A stretch of DNA of 64,000 bases from Octopus vulgaris (Eukaryota), in NCBI GenBank assembly GCA_951406725.2, contig OX597818.1, positions 84,692,001 to 84,756,000 of the forward strand, in the 5' to 3' direction. Position numbers and translations under genes: made by a program. The notes beneath the pieces were generated by a model. That model saw nothing but the letters and a program-made list of their open reading frames with translations. It made no database searches and was not told the origin of the DNA. Positions 50,147 through 64,000 of this stretch are shown one piece after another. Each line of letters begins with the position of its first letter. Positions within the stretch are counted from its first letter, which is position 1.

Positions 50147-51339
50147 AACTAATAATAATAATAATAATAATAATAATGATAATAATGATAATGAAAACGA
50201 TAATGATAATGATAATGATAATGATGGTGATGATAATGATGATGATGATGATGATGACGACGGCGACGACAACAACAACAACGACAACAACAATAATAAT
50301 AACAATAATAATAATGACTAATAATAATAATAATGATGATGATGATGACGACGACGACGACGACGATGACGATGACGACGACGACGACGATGATGATGAT
50401 GATGATGATGATAAAAAAAAATTCCGAAGAGGAAAGTGTAGATAGTCAGTGGTAGGCAGGTATTAGTTCAGGTAAGAATGTAGGTTCAATTAGCATGACG
50501 ATTGCAGAATCTAACGCTTCCTGTTATTGAACTTCGTTGAAGAATTAAGAAGAAAGAGGTGGTGATGGTGATGTTCGGGTTGCGAAGGAATATGTGAAGA
50601 AGGAATTGAATTAAAGAATGACGTGGAATTAATTGGGTGAGAGTTAGATTGACACAGATGTGGTGCGAGAGGATCATATGGACAACAGGCGAGAAAGTTA
50701 GAATTGGTAAAGGAAACTAGAAAAAGCCATTGGCTTCTTGAACATTATATTAGGTTCTTGAAATTTATTTTTCAGTAAAGGCAGCCATATTAAACTGAAA
50801 GCAGCGTTAGCCAGAGCGAGCAAGTAACAGCAAGCCTATCAACAAGTATAGTCGTAACACTAGTCTAAAATGGCTGCCTTTTATGAAGAACGTATTTATA
50901 GAATCTGAGAATGTTTCATTCAATGTACATGCATCAGTGCTATAATGGATAAGAGTGTTACTCACCATAATTTAAAGATAAATGCTCTTCTTTGCTTGAA
51001 TCTAATCCGATATTATGTGTGCATCTAGAAATAAAAATCCTCACGATGGAGAACAACTACGTAGGTGTAAGTAAATGGTTTTAAAAAACCTGTTACACCT
51101 CTCGAGATGAGATCAAAAGTGAGAAGTAATTTAATCGCAGGTATGACCTTGTTTCCTGCATATAAAGATTACACAGATTCGGTAAAGTGCAATGATGATA
51201 TACGGAAGTAGCATGGGTTGATAATCTATTACACATACGAGCCAAACTTGTATTTACATATTCTGATATCTATATGCACCTACACACACACACATGTATA
51301 TATATATATATATACATTATCTATCTATCTACCATTTTG

Positions 51340-51376
<37 letters not shown>

Positions 51377-51689
51377 TTATCTACCTGTCTATCTATCTAT
51401 CTATCTATCTATCTACCTATATATATATATATATAATCCATTGTATCTCTGTCTGCTCCCAATGCATTCTCAGACGGCTCAACCAAATCAAATTTTACAT
51501 GGTAATAACTGAGACGCCAGGAGAGTCAATATGTAATTTTGGGGGTTAAAACAATGCAACATTGGCACTGGTTCAGTATTATGTCTCAAAACTCGAAGAG
51601 TAGAAGTAAAACCTGCAACGGAGTAAGTAATAAATAGTTTCACTTTTAATAGATTCACTTTTATATTGTTACACTTTTAGGTTTTACTA

Positions 51690-51855
51690 TGTATATATAG
51701 GCATGTATGTATATATATATATATGCATGTATATATATATGTATATATATATATGTGTGTGTGTGTGTATATACATGTATTTACATATATGCATATGCGT
51801 ACATATATGTGTGTATATATATGTATATGTATATATATATATATGTATATATATA

Positions 51856-51886
<31 letters not shown>

Positions 51887-52112
51887 GTATATTTATGTAT
51901 ATATGTGTATATATATGTGTGTACATGTATATGTGTATATATGTGTGTATATATATATGTGTGTTTATATATATGTGTGTGTATATGTGTATATATATAT
52001 ATGTATGCATATATATATGTGTATATATATACACACACATATATATATACACACATATATATGCACACACATATATACACACATATACATACACACATAT
52101 ATATACATATAT

Positions 52113-52152
<40 letters not shown>

Positions 52153-52241
52153 GTACATATATATATATACGTACATATATATATGTGTGTGTGTGTGTTT
52201 ATATATATGTATCTGTGTATATATATATCTGTGTATGTATG

Positions 52242-52305
<64 letters not shown>
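51690..52305. repeat. Compound (TA/TG/CA)n low-complexity tract
   Basis: Direct reading. It is the source of the long YI/CV ORFs. Confidence 0.95.
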
Positions 52306-52688
52306 CATATATTTTCAGTATCAGATGTATAAAACACACGCAAACAGAGGAAAGCTCTGTTGTTGAAATTGCTTATATTTTTATTTCCTGAATGTACTTT
52401 TCGTTTGTATGATGATTTTATAAGATGTGCTAAATCTATGAATTAAGAAATAAGCTATTTTAGGCAGTTGCTTGTTGGATATTCTCTAATAAATAGCAGT
52501 GGAAATGCCTGCAAAAATTCACCGATTCCGATACTTAATTCAAAACTGTAAAAGCTGCCATAGAATTTATTACTTACTATACGTATATAAGTGCATACAT
52601 ATTACATATATTCACACACATACATATACAATATACCCTAAATTAATGTTGTGTGCGTATGTCTATAAACAGGCATATATATTTATGA

Positions 52689-52988
<300 letters not shown>

Positions 52989-53767
52989 ATATATATATAT
53001 ATATGTGTATATGTGTGTATTTATATAGACATATATGTGTATGTGTGACAGAATTTCCCGAGTATATGTACATATTTGGAAATATGTACATGTATGTATA
53101 CATACATACATGTACATAGATGTGCATATATACATGTGTCTACAAAGACACGCAGACACACATACACACGCATACGAATGTAGAATGGGATTGAGATGGA
53201 GAGAGAGTGAGAGAGGGAAAGAGTAAGAGAGAGTAAGAGGGAGCTAGGGTAAAGGGAAAATGGTAATTTACACCAAATCCTGAAATGTATTAAGAGTATA
53301 CAAACAGCGACTACCAAACTATTTAATTAAAGAAAAAATTCTGCCGTCGCATCCGCCATGTTTATTTTTCATTTACGGAACATAAACTTTTTTCAACGAA
53401 AAAAAAAAGGGGGGGGAAGAAAATAAATGATTTTCTATAGCAGACAGCCGATACCGAAACCAATAAGAAGTAGCTTAGCAACAACAAGAACAACAATGAT
53501 AACAACAATAACAATAACAACCAAAACAACTGATGATGATGATGATGATGATGAGTGGAGGAAAGGAGAAGCATGGTATTGGTGGTGGTGGGCGTGTGTG
53601 GGGGGTGGGGGTGGGGGTGAGGCTGGGATAGGGTTTGGGGGTATCGGCAGTGGCAGTGGGCGCATTAGTAGCAGCGACGGCGGTGTGGGGGATGACGATG
53701 TGAACAACGACGACGATGACTACAGGGCCGTGCATACGATGATCTCGACGATGATGATGTAGTAGTA

Positions 53768-53972
53768 GTGGTGGTGGTGGTGGTGGTGGTGGTGGTGGTG
53801 GTGGTGGTGGTGGCGATGGTGGTGTTGGTGGTGGTGGTGGTGGTGGTGGTGGTGGTGGTGGTGGTGGTGGCGGTGGTGGTGGTGGTGGTGGTGGTAGTGG
53901 TGGTGATGGTGGTGGTGGTGGTGGTAGTGGTGGTAGTGGTAGTGGTAGTGGTGGTGGTAGCGGTGGTGGTGT
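53768..53972 (+). repeat. (GGT)n microsatellite
   Basis: Direct reading. Confidence 0.95.
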
Positions 53973-54146
53973 AAATAGCAGTAACGCTGGAGCGATAATA
54001 TTAAAGATGCTGCTTATGATGATGATGATGAAGAAGCTGGTTCTGCTGATGATGTAGATGATGATGGTGATGATGAAGAAGAAGTGGAAAAACTTACAAT
54101 AACACCACTAAAGCTGACATGGATAAAGAGGCAACGCAAAGAAAAC

Positions 54147-54212
<66 letters not shown>

Positions 54213-54372
54213 AACAATAATATTAATTACCAAAAATTATATTTAAAAAATTATAAAAATACTCAACAATATCAGCAGCATCAATACAAACAAGAACAGC
54301 AGCAACAACAGCAACAAAAAGAAGAATGATGACATCAACTATAACAAAAACAAAAACAAAACCACAAACACC

Positions 54373-54404
<32 letters not shown>

Positions 54405-54607
54405 CAACGTTAACAAAGACTAACAGTAAAGCGGACAACACGTAAGCAAAACAACGTTACGAAGGCGCAATAACAATTATCTCAACATCCAAAGCAACAA
54501 TAAAAAGCGACAACAAATTCAGCATCATCAACATCGTCAACAACATCGACATTAGCAGCAACGGGAACAACATTGCCAGTAGTTCTAACGGACCAAACGG
54601 TTATGTC

Positions 54608-54825
54608 TCTTTTATTTGTTTCAGTTATTTGACTGCGGCCATGCTGGAGCACCGCCTTTAGTCGAGCAAATCAAACCCCAGGACTTATTCTTTGTAGGCC
54701 TAGTACTTATTCAATCGATCTCTTTTTGCCGAACCGCTAGGTTACGGGGACGTAAACACACCACCATCGGTTGTCAAGCGATGTTGAGGGGGCAAACACA
54801 GACACACAAACATATACACACACAA

Positions 54826-54875
<50 letters not shown>

Positions 54876-55043
54876 AAACGATGGGCTTCTTTCAGTTTCC
54901 GTCTACCAAATCCACTCACAAGGCTTTGTGTCGGCCCGAGACTATAGTAGAAGACACTTCCACAAAGTGCCACGCAGTGAGACTGAACCCGGAACCATGT
55001 GGTTGGTAAGCAAGTTACTTAATACACACCCACTCCTGCGCCT
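54608..55043 (-). mobile_element. SINE family B, full length
   Basis: TTGTTTCAGTTATTTGACTGCGGCCATGCTGGAGC...CCACTCCTGCGCCT. Confidence 0.9.
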
Positions 55044-55344
55044 ATCTGGGGGTTTTTTTTGGGGGGGAGGATGGCTCAAACCGCTAGATGTCTTTTACTT
55101 TTTACTTGTTTCAATCATTAGACTGCGGTCATACTGGGGCACCGCCTCGGAGCAGCTTTTTGTCGAATGAATCAACTGCATTAATTATATTTTCAAGCTT
55201 GATACTTATTCTATCGTTCGCTTTTGCCGAACTGCTAAGTTACAGCGACGTAAACACACCAACACCGGTTGCCAAGCGGTGGTGGAGGACAAACAGACTT
55301 ATAGACATACACAGAGTTCACTCAGCTGGCAAAAAGGAGTTGTA

Positions 55345-55520
55345 CCTTTAATTCAAAGTACAAGCCTTGTTACATTCTGTGTCGCGCTGAATCTTCCTAA
55401 GAACTACGATAAGGGTATGCGGGTCTGTGGAGTACTCAGCCACTTGCACGTTAATTGCACGAGCAGGAAATTCTGTTGATCGGATCAACTGGAACCCTCG
55501 TCGTTGAAACGACAGAGTGC
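55345..55520 (+). mobile_element. SINE family C tail type 1 fragment
   Basis: CGCTGAATCTTCC...GTGGAGTACTCAGCCACTTGCACGTTAATT...GGAACCCTCGTCG matches the reverse complement of ~2890-3060. Confidence 0.8.
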
Positions 55521-55536
55521 AGTTGTATATATATAC

Positions 55537-55615
<79 letters not shown>

Positions 55616-56065
55616 TGTGTGTGTACGTGCGCGTGCATGTGTGGAGAGAGGGGGAGAGAGAAAGAGTTCAAATTTACAGAATACAAAAGACGAAGGACGG
55701 TGAGGAAACAACAAGCAGGTATATTAGTTTAATGCTTGGGAAGAATGGAAAAGTCTTCGAAGTTTCGTGATTATGCTCTTCGACAGAAAGGATTAAGAGT
55801 AAAAAAAGAAAAAAAGTGGAGGGAGAACGAAAAAAAAAAGGAAAAGAACGGAGAGAGAAAACAAAATGCCTGTCCCATATATATATATATATATATATAT
55901 ATTAAGGTATGTAGAAAAATACAACATGGACAAGAACGTATAACTCCTAGAAGACGATACAATAAACACGGACAGGACATTCGAAACCCTCAGTCTTCAG
56001 TCAAGAACCGGATCATCGTAGTAATTTCGGCTGATTAATCTTGATATATATATATATATTATATA

Positions 56066-56181
<116 letters not shown>

Positions 56182-56769
56182 ATGGGTTTCTCTCAGTTTC
56201 TGTCTATCAAATTCACTCACAAGGATTCGATGGCCCGAGGATGTAGAAGACACTTGCCGAAGGTAGCATGCAGTGAAGCTGAACCCGAAGCGTGTAGTTG
56301 GGAAGCAAACTTCTTACCACACAACCATGCCTGCGCCTGTTAAATCTGCCTCAAATCGCTCCTTTCCATGTTAGAAATGGATTTATTCGATGATGTGAAC
56401 TTGATTTGCCTGAATTGACGGGATGGTCACAGCTAGAACGCCTTTGATGAAAAGCTCTTACTGGTTGTGGCTTCTCGGGACTTAAGAAAAAAAAGCAACA
56501 AATTCGCACAAGAAGACCACTTATATGTCTATCACTACTACAACCAGTACCACAGCAACAACAACGACGATACCACTTACAACTATCACTAACGATAACA
56601 ACGACAAAGAGAATATCAATTACAACTACCACCAGCACAACAGCTACAACAACTGTAGCAAGAACAACAATAACAATACCACTTACAATTACTACCACTA
56701 CAAGAAAAACTATTACATCAACCACAGTAAGGCTACCACTAACAATTACCACCAACATAATTGCTACTT

Positions 56770-56800
<31 letters not shown>

Positions 56801-56847
56801 CACTGCATTGAGAATACATATCACTTTCAACTACCACCAAAATAACA

Positions 56848-56928
<81 letters not shown>

Positions 56929-57561
56929 ACTACTACTACTGCTACTACTACTACTCGAACTATTACTACTACTACAATGAGAATCTCACAACTACATTAT
57001 AAAACAACTACCACCAAAATAACAACTATAACTACTGTTACTATTACTACTACTATTACTACTACTACTACAACTACTACTACAGCCATAATATCACAAC
57101 TACCACCAAAACTACAACTATAACTACTACTACTGTTACTATTACTACTACCACTACTGCTTCAATGACTGCACCACTTACAACTACTACCGCTACCAAT
57201 AACACCACGAAAGCCGACAGAAGAAGGACAACGGCGATACCACTTTCAACTACCACCAGTACAACCACCTTAACCGTCATCACCATTATCGCCACTACTA
57301 CCACCAACACAGCACCAACACCATATTACTACCATCATCACCACCACCACCACCACCGCCACCACAACAACAATGAAAGCTTTGGAGAAACAGCAAATAA
57401 AGAACTGAGATAAATAAATAAATAAATAAATAAAAAGGATGGTTAAATTTACGTTATTTTGGCAAATTGTAATTGAAGGAAAATTTATATGTTCAAATAA
57501 ACGAATGTGTTTCTCTGTAATTACTTCGCCTCGCTTTTTCCATATATATGCTGTTGATACA

Positions 57562-57680
<119 letters not shown>

Positions 57681-57685
57681 TATAT

Positions 57686-57745
<60 letters not shown>

Positions 57746-57801
57746 ATGTGTATGTATGTATGTATATATACGTAGATGCATACATACACAGACATACACT
57801 C

Positions 57802-57835
<34 letters not shown>

Positions 57836-58340
57836 GTGTATGTACATCGTGGGTCTGTTTTATTATCGTTTTGTTATTGGCCTTTTATTTTCCTTTTGTG
57901 ATGACAGTGCTGTTATTGTTGTAGTAGTAGTAGTAGTTGTTGTTCTTGTTGTTGTTCTTGTTGTTGTTCTTGGTGGTGGTGGTGGTGGTGGTGGTGGTAG
58001 TGGTGGTGGTCTGGTGATGGTGCGACGGCGGTATAGCTGTTGGTGGCGATGGTCATCGTTGTCGTAGCGACGGCGTAGATAACGGCTACGGCAGTAGTGG
58101 TGGTGGTGGTGGTGGTGGTGGTGGTAGTAGTAGTGGTGATTGTTTGATTATCTTAGATTCTCTTTTATCGGGGAGGAGAGGTCTCTATATTTTGTCCTTT
58201 TACTCACTCACTCTCTCTCTTCCTCTCTCTCACACATCCAAACCCACACGTCGCACGTGCGCTTAAAGATATATGCATGCATGTATGAATGTATGTATAT
58301 TGTATCTGTGTATGCATATATGTATGTATATATATATATA

Positions 58341-58373
<33 letters not shown>

Positions 58374-58389
58374 GCGTACATATATACAT

Positions 58390-58434
<45 letters not shown>

Positions 58435-58472
58435 TATATATATATACATATATATGTATACATATATATATG

Positions 58473-58505
<33 letters not shown>

Positions 58506-58727
58506 GTATATATATATATATGCGTATATATTTACATACACATATACATATATATGTGCATACGTAAGTACATACATATATGCGTATATATATATATATA
58601 TGCATACATATATACATGCAAACTTATATTGTTATATATATATATATATATATATATGAAGGTGTGTGTCTGTGGAATGTGCAGAAATATGTTTATATGT
58701 TTGTATATTGTCCAAATATATTCAAAT

Positions 58728-58812
<85 letters not shown>

Positions 58813-59061
58813 CACACACATCGTAACATAGATATAAACATACGTACACCCACACATCATACATACATACATACTTACATACATACATGTCTACACAGTA
58901 TGGCGACGATTGTTCAAGACAAATTTCTTCTACTCTGCGGTAAAATTGTTTCAAAAAACACCTTAAATATTTCTCATCTAACCGTAACATTAATAAAGCA
59001 GAGAAATACCAATAAATATCAATATCCTATAAGTATCGCTATAAGTCATACTCTGTCTCAG

Positions 59062-59412
59062 ACGAAAATTGCTGCCGGGGGTTTTGTGGGGCGTTCGCTC
59101 TGTAAAACTGTGATTGGTTTTGGAGTTACTGGTGCATTAAAGAGGAGGGCAAAGCGTTCCATCACTGAATCTGCAGTGATAGCCGCCACTAGGGTGCATC
59201 GGATAAAGAAGGTATGCCTCAGTTTTTGTTTTCTCTTTCTTCGTTTACTTGTTTTAATCATTGAACTGCAGCCATGCCGGGGTACAGCCTTGAAAATGGT
59301 TCAGTCGAGCAAATCACTGGATTTGGAGTTTACTGGTGCATCAAAGGGAAGGGCTCCGAATTTCATTACTAAAGCTGCAGAGATGGCTACTTGGTGACTT
59401 TGGATAAAGAGG
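59062..59412 (+). pseudogene. Two tandem diverged C-terminal fragments of a HERO/NeSL-type RLE retrotransposon ORF
   Basis: GGFVGRSLCKTVIGFGVTGALKRRAKRSITESAVIAATRVHRIKK and GFGV/TGASKGRAPNFITKAAEMATW*LWIKR resemble the recalled GCRGFxxxS...AAExAxxWLWxKR end of HERO-like ORFs. Confidence 0.65.
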
Positions 59413-59444
59413 GTAGGCTAGTGTTTTTTCTTTTCCCTTTTTTC

Positions 59445-59822
59445 TTTCCCTTGTTTCAATCAGCGGACTGCGGCCATGCTGGGCAACTGCATTGAAGGGC
59501 TTAGTCGAACGAATCGACCCAAGTGCTTGTTTTTAAACCTGGTATATATTCTCTCTTTCACTTCTGGCGAACTTCTTAGTTACAGGGATATAATCAAACC
59601 AACACCGGTTGTCAAGAGGCGGTGGAAGGCAAACACAAACATAAAAACGCACATACATAAATATATACTTATAAGTATACAAGTATACGACAGTCTTCGT
59701 TCAGTTTCCGTCAACCAAATTCTCTCACAAGGCTTTGGTCGGCCCAGAGGGCTATAGTAGAAGACACTTGCCTAAGATGTCATTCAATGGGACTGATTTC
59801 AAAACGATATGATTAGGAAGCT
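59445..59822 (-). mobile_element. SINE family B (diverged)
   Basis: GGACTGCGGCCATGCTGGGC...CACAAGGCTTTGGTCGGCCC...GAAGACACTTGCCTAAG. Confidence 0.78.
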
Positions 59823-60262
59823 GGGTCAACTAGGCAAGGGAAGGAGAGCGGATGGTACACCTCAGAACATCAGTGTGATGATCTATTTTGGGATTTGTAA
59901 TAATTTATCAGAGCATTTTACACCTTTTTCGAAACAACAATATCTTGTTTCGGCCACGATGTTGTTGTTGTCGCTGTGGTTGTTGCTGTTGTGTTCTGGC
60001 TCACATACACAAACTCTCACACACTCACACAAGCTTTCTCTCCTCTCTCTCTTTCTCTCTCTCTCTCTTACTCTCTCTCCTTATCTATATATCTATCTCT
60101 TTCTTTCACCCTCTCTTTCTTTCTTACCTATATACACTCGCAGATCTCCATTTTAAGTGGGGAAGGTTTCTGTTAAAGCCAGTGTTGGCAGTTGTTATAC
60201 ATCAGCAAATGCCTTTTCAATTTCAGCTCAATATTTCATCTCACTGTCTGATCTATTATTAA

Positions 60263-60955
60263 CTAGGAGTATAGCCCGGCTTTGCCCGGTATTATGTTAG
60301 GATTATTAAGCTAATCAAGTTCTTTATTTCAAACCAAACTAAGTAACATCGACGTCAAATTTGGGCGAAATCCGTTGAAATTGGTTTTTACATATATATA
60401 TATATATATATAAATATATAGGCAACACACACACATACACTCACGTACATACGTACACCTATTGCATACATGTTTTTGTACGCATACATGTTCGTGTGTG
60501 TGTGTGTGTGTGTGTGTTGCTCGTATATCAACAAAACACTTTTTTCCTCGAATGAAAAACAAAACAACAAAAGTCTTAACAAAAAACTTACTCGTCGCTA
60601 GAAGGGGACCTAACTCCTGTTTGCAAACAATGGTGATTTCTCCGACTTGAAAATTGTTAAAAGTTTTGCCTGAAAATTTATTTTTACTGCTATTCGCTTG
60701 TGCGTCTGGGAAAAATGATTTGACGAAAATGCAGCTAGGGTCATGACGAATGCCCTCCTAAATTAACATGCGTGCTAATTTGTGTACGTGCGTAAATTAC
60801 ATTCACGTACACCCATCCCCCCTCACACACACACACACACTTCCTGCCTTTTATATATACAGAATAATAGAAACAAAAGAAAGCAAACTGGGAAATAACG
60901 CTTGGTGCAGTAGTATGGGATATTTTGCAATATACTTGCTGTATTAATCTTTTAT
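60263..60955 (-). mobile_element. Probable non-autonomous Helitron (3' end clear, 5' end uncertain)
   Basis: A|CTAGGAGTATAGCCCGGCTTTGCCCGG mirrors the 3' hairpin and CTAG of the 1555-2071 element. It contains GGGAAATAAC at ~60890. Confidence 0.55.
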
Positions 60956-60960
60956 ATGCT

Positions 60961-61123
60961 AGGCGCAGGAGTGGCTGTGTGGTAAGAAGCTTGCTTCCTA
61001 ACCACATTGTTCCGGGTTCAGTCCCACTGCGTGGCACCTTAGGCAAGTGTCTTCTATTACAGCCTTGAGCCGACCAAAGCCTTGTGAGTGGATTTGGTAG
61101 ACTGCAGCTGAAAGAAGCCCATC

Positions 61124-61159
<36 letters not shown>

Positions 61160-61413
61160 TCATGCATATATATATATATATATAATGTATATGCATGTGT
61201 GTGTATTTGTAATAGCGTGTGTGTGTTTGTCCCCGCTATCGCTTGACAACCGATGTTGGTGTGTTTACGTTCCCAAAACTTAGCGGTTCGGCAAAAGAGA
61301 CCGATAGAATAAGTACTAGGCTTACAAACAATAAATCCTGGGGTTGATTTGTTTGACTAAAGGCGATGCTCCAGCATGGCTGCAGTCAAAATGACTGAAA
61401 CACGAAAAAGAGT
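60961..61413 (+). mobile_element. SINE family B, full length
   Basis: AGGCGCAGGAGTGGCTGTGTGGTAAGAAGC...CAGTCAAAATGACTGAAAC...AAAAGAG. Confidence 0.9.
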
Positions 61414-62054
61414 AACTTCATTGAAACAACGTGAACTCACTGTAGACTCTCGAGTTTTCTGGATGTCTATTATAGTTACATTTCTACAACCATATTTAGA
61501 ATTGCCTTGTCTACATTTTTAGACTTTTCTTCTATTAAAATAAATGAATAAACTTTAACAAAATTAGCAATTTGAGGGATTTCACCTTTTTTTTACTGGA
61601 AGCATGAATTACTGCAAAACAATGTGCAGGTAGACCCGATGAAAAGAAAAGAAATGAAAACTACTTATTAATGTTGAATGATTTATCATACATCCACCCC
61701 GTGGGTATGATAGCAAAAGTGCTGCTGCTGCTGTTGCTGCTCCTGCCGATGCTGCTGATACCGCTGCTGTGGCTGGGTGCCTTACTGGCTGGAGATGCTC
61801 TGAAGCGCTATTGATTTCATATGCACATAGCGTAGATACAAAGTTAAAATGGAAAAAAATAAATTTGTCAGGTTTCCTTCGTCAGAACTTAAAGGAAGAT
61901 ACTGCACAGCTTCTTGAAAATACTAATAATTCCACAAATGAAACATACAGGTAATGAAGCTACGAGTACCCCTCTAGCGATGGATTTACTAACAACACAA
62001 GTAATTCAGAAAGATAATGTTGATTTCAACAAAGACAGCAAAAATTAGAATACA

Positions 62055-62235
62055 GCTCTTTTACTTATTTCAGTCATTTTAGACGAAGAAATCGAACCCC
62101 AAGACTTATTCTTTGCAAGCTGGGCACTTATTCCATCGGAAATAAAGAAACGAACATCGGTTGCCAAGCGATGTTGGGTGGGATAAGGACAAACACAGAC
62201 ACAAACACACACACACATATATGGCACCCGTCGTA

Positions 62236-62293
<58 letters not shown>

Positions 62294-62412
62294 CATATAT
62301 ACGACGGGTTTCTTTCACTTTCCGTCTACCAAATCCACTCACAAGGCTGTGGTCGGCCCGAGGCTATAGTAGAATACACTTGCCCAAGGTGCCACGCAGT
62401 GGGACTGAACCC
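62055..62412 (-). mobile_element. SINE family B
   Basis: CTCTTTTACTTATTTCAGTCAT...CACTTGCCCAAGGTGCCACGCAGTGGGACTGAACCC. Confidence 0.85.
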
Positions 62413-62474
62413 GTATTCTAATAACATCTTGCTTACACTATTAATGTGATACGTTTTATCTTACCCATTGGACT

Positions 62475-62712
62475 GTGGTCAATCCCCTCACGAGATATAC
62501 TAATAGAATTTATAGTCAATCGTCTTTCATTTGTCACCATATAGTGGACACGGTCAATGTTTTCTTCAGTGGTGGTAGCTGCAGGACGTTCAGACCTTGG
62601 GTCATCTTTAAGGCTCCTCTTTCCTCTCCAAATTTCAGCTGCCCACTTTTGCACTGCTGATAAACCTGGAGCAACCATATCAGCATGAACGTCGTTAGGG
62701 GCCAAATCTTGA
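62475..62712 (-). pseudogene. mariner transposase N-terminal (HTH) fragment
   Basis: DVHADMVAPGLSAVQKWAAE..RGKRSLKDDPRSERPAATTTEENIDRVH.MV...RRLTI matches the mariner W...F..G...L.D.PRSGRP motif. Confidence 0.85.
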
Positions 62713-63508
62713 AGGGTGTTTGAACAAATTGCTCCAAGTACTTATTTATCTTAAGTGTGCTACTTGTTCTATCGGTCTCTTTTGCTGAACTGCTACGTTA
62801 CGGGGATGCAAACCAAACAAAAACTGATTGTGAAGCAGTGATAGGAGACACACAAACACAGAGACGTTCACACCTATACATATATGCATACGACAAAATT
62901 CCGTCGAGGTCGACTTTGCCATCCATCCTTTCGGGGTCGACAGATTAAGTACCAGTCAAGTATTGTGGTCATGGTAATCGACTATCCCACTCCCCACAAA
63001 TTCCAGGGTTTGTGCCAATAATAGAAAGGATATATACATACAACAGACTTTCATAGTTTCCGTGTACCAAGTCCACTCACAAGGTATTGATCGGCCGAGG
63101 ATTATAGTAGAAGACACTTGCCATAACTATCATACCATGGAACTGAACCCAAAACTAAGTTGTTAAAGAGCGAACTTCTTAACCGCAGTCATATTTTTGC
63201 GATAATATTAACGATAATAAATAGAAAAATCAAATTGAAAAGAAAATTTGTCTGCAAGACCAAAAGCGGAATTAGTGCTGCCAAGTGAAGAAATCAAACA
63301 GTAAAACCAAACATAATAACCCCAGTAACAACAATTCTATCTTCACAAAACAATGGTCAAAGAACACAGGCATTGACAGAATAAATAACAGTGCTACAAA
63401 CACCTGTAGATATATGAAATATGCCTAAAGCCAAACAGGTACGCTCTACGTGGTTGTTTGAACTGCCAGAAAAACTAGCCATCTCTCTGTCTCTCCCTCT
63501 CTCACTCC

Positions 63509-63550
<42 letters not shown>

Positions 63551-64000
63551 GCGGATCTATCTCTCAACTTATAGCACATTGTCTAAAAAGTTAGAAAGAT
63601 ACATTAGGTTATATAGTCCTGGTTCATTCAATAGACGAGGGAAATTCTTTGGATCACAAAATTGCTCCGTAGAGTTAAGCTAGGAGTAAACAACACCAAC
63701 GAATAAAAATGTGCCTTTAGACATGGAGGAAATGCGATAACTTATTTTATGGTATTGGAAACACTAACATATATTGAATGAAGGGATTGTTACAAATAAA
63801 TCTCACATAGGTGTATAAGAGAACGCAGTGATAAGTACTACATAGTGACCAGTATAAAGCTTAGATCTATAAACAAAACTAAAATTTCAATTCTATTCGT
63901 CGAAATGTGCTAGTTGTCATCAGATTAAGCAAACTATTGTTGCAGGAAAATGCTTCGTTAAGTATACTCTCCTTTGGGTGATAAAAAAAAATTAAGGGAA

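Noticed and set aside
53560-53972. G-quadruplex or Gly/Val-rich coding region
   Set aside because: It is simple (GGT)n low-complexity sequence with no evidence of function.
55905-56045. Repeat-like segment between (AT)n tracts with CTGAAGA and CAGCCGAAA on the minus strand
   Set aside because: The two core halves are not arranged around a single stem II, so no hammerhead could be drawn. It may be a truncated PLE terminus.

Overview
AT-rich, extremely microsatellite-rich eukaryotic DNA. I could not identify any host protein-coding exon, rRNA, intact tRNA gene or CRISPR array, so it is probably intergenic or deep intronic. The repeat landscape resembles an octopus (cephalopod) genome; this is an inference from recalled repeat families and was not checked by search. 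Nearly all ORFs in the supplied track are translated simple repeats. The recognisable coding remnants are all transposon-derived: (1) a near full-length decayed R4/Dong-clade RT+RLE retrotransposon (about 43.0-46.5 kb) plus four shorter R4/Dong 3' fragments, each bordered by TAA/TTA-type repeats; (2) a Helitron PIF1 helicase remnant and non-autonomous Helitrons; (3) a Tx1/L1-type ORF1 with a CCHC knuckle fused to a long-TIR DNA transposon; (4) HERO-like endonuclease tails; (5) a mariner fragment. Three tRNA-headed SINE groups and several MITEs are also present. The most interesting signals are: several sequence-unrelated minimal hammerhead-ribozyme-like motifs inside Penelope-type terminal repeats and palindromes; a filled/empty paralogous site pair supporting (TTA)n-targeted insertion; head-to-tail SINE trimers bounded by a single TSD; a SINE tail shared with a LINE-like 3' end; and a foldback-like element with inverted arrays of a ~16-bp unit. 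Coordinates were read by eye and are approximate unless a TSD or terminus is quoted.
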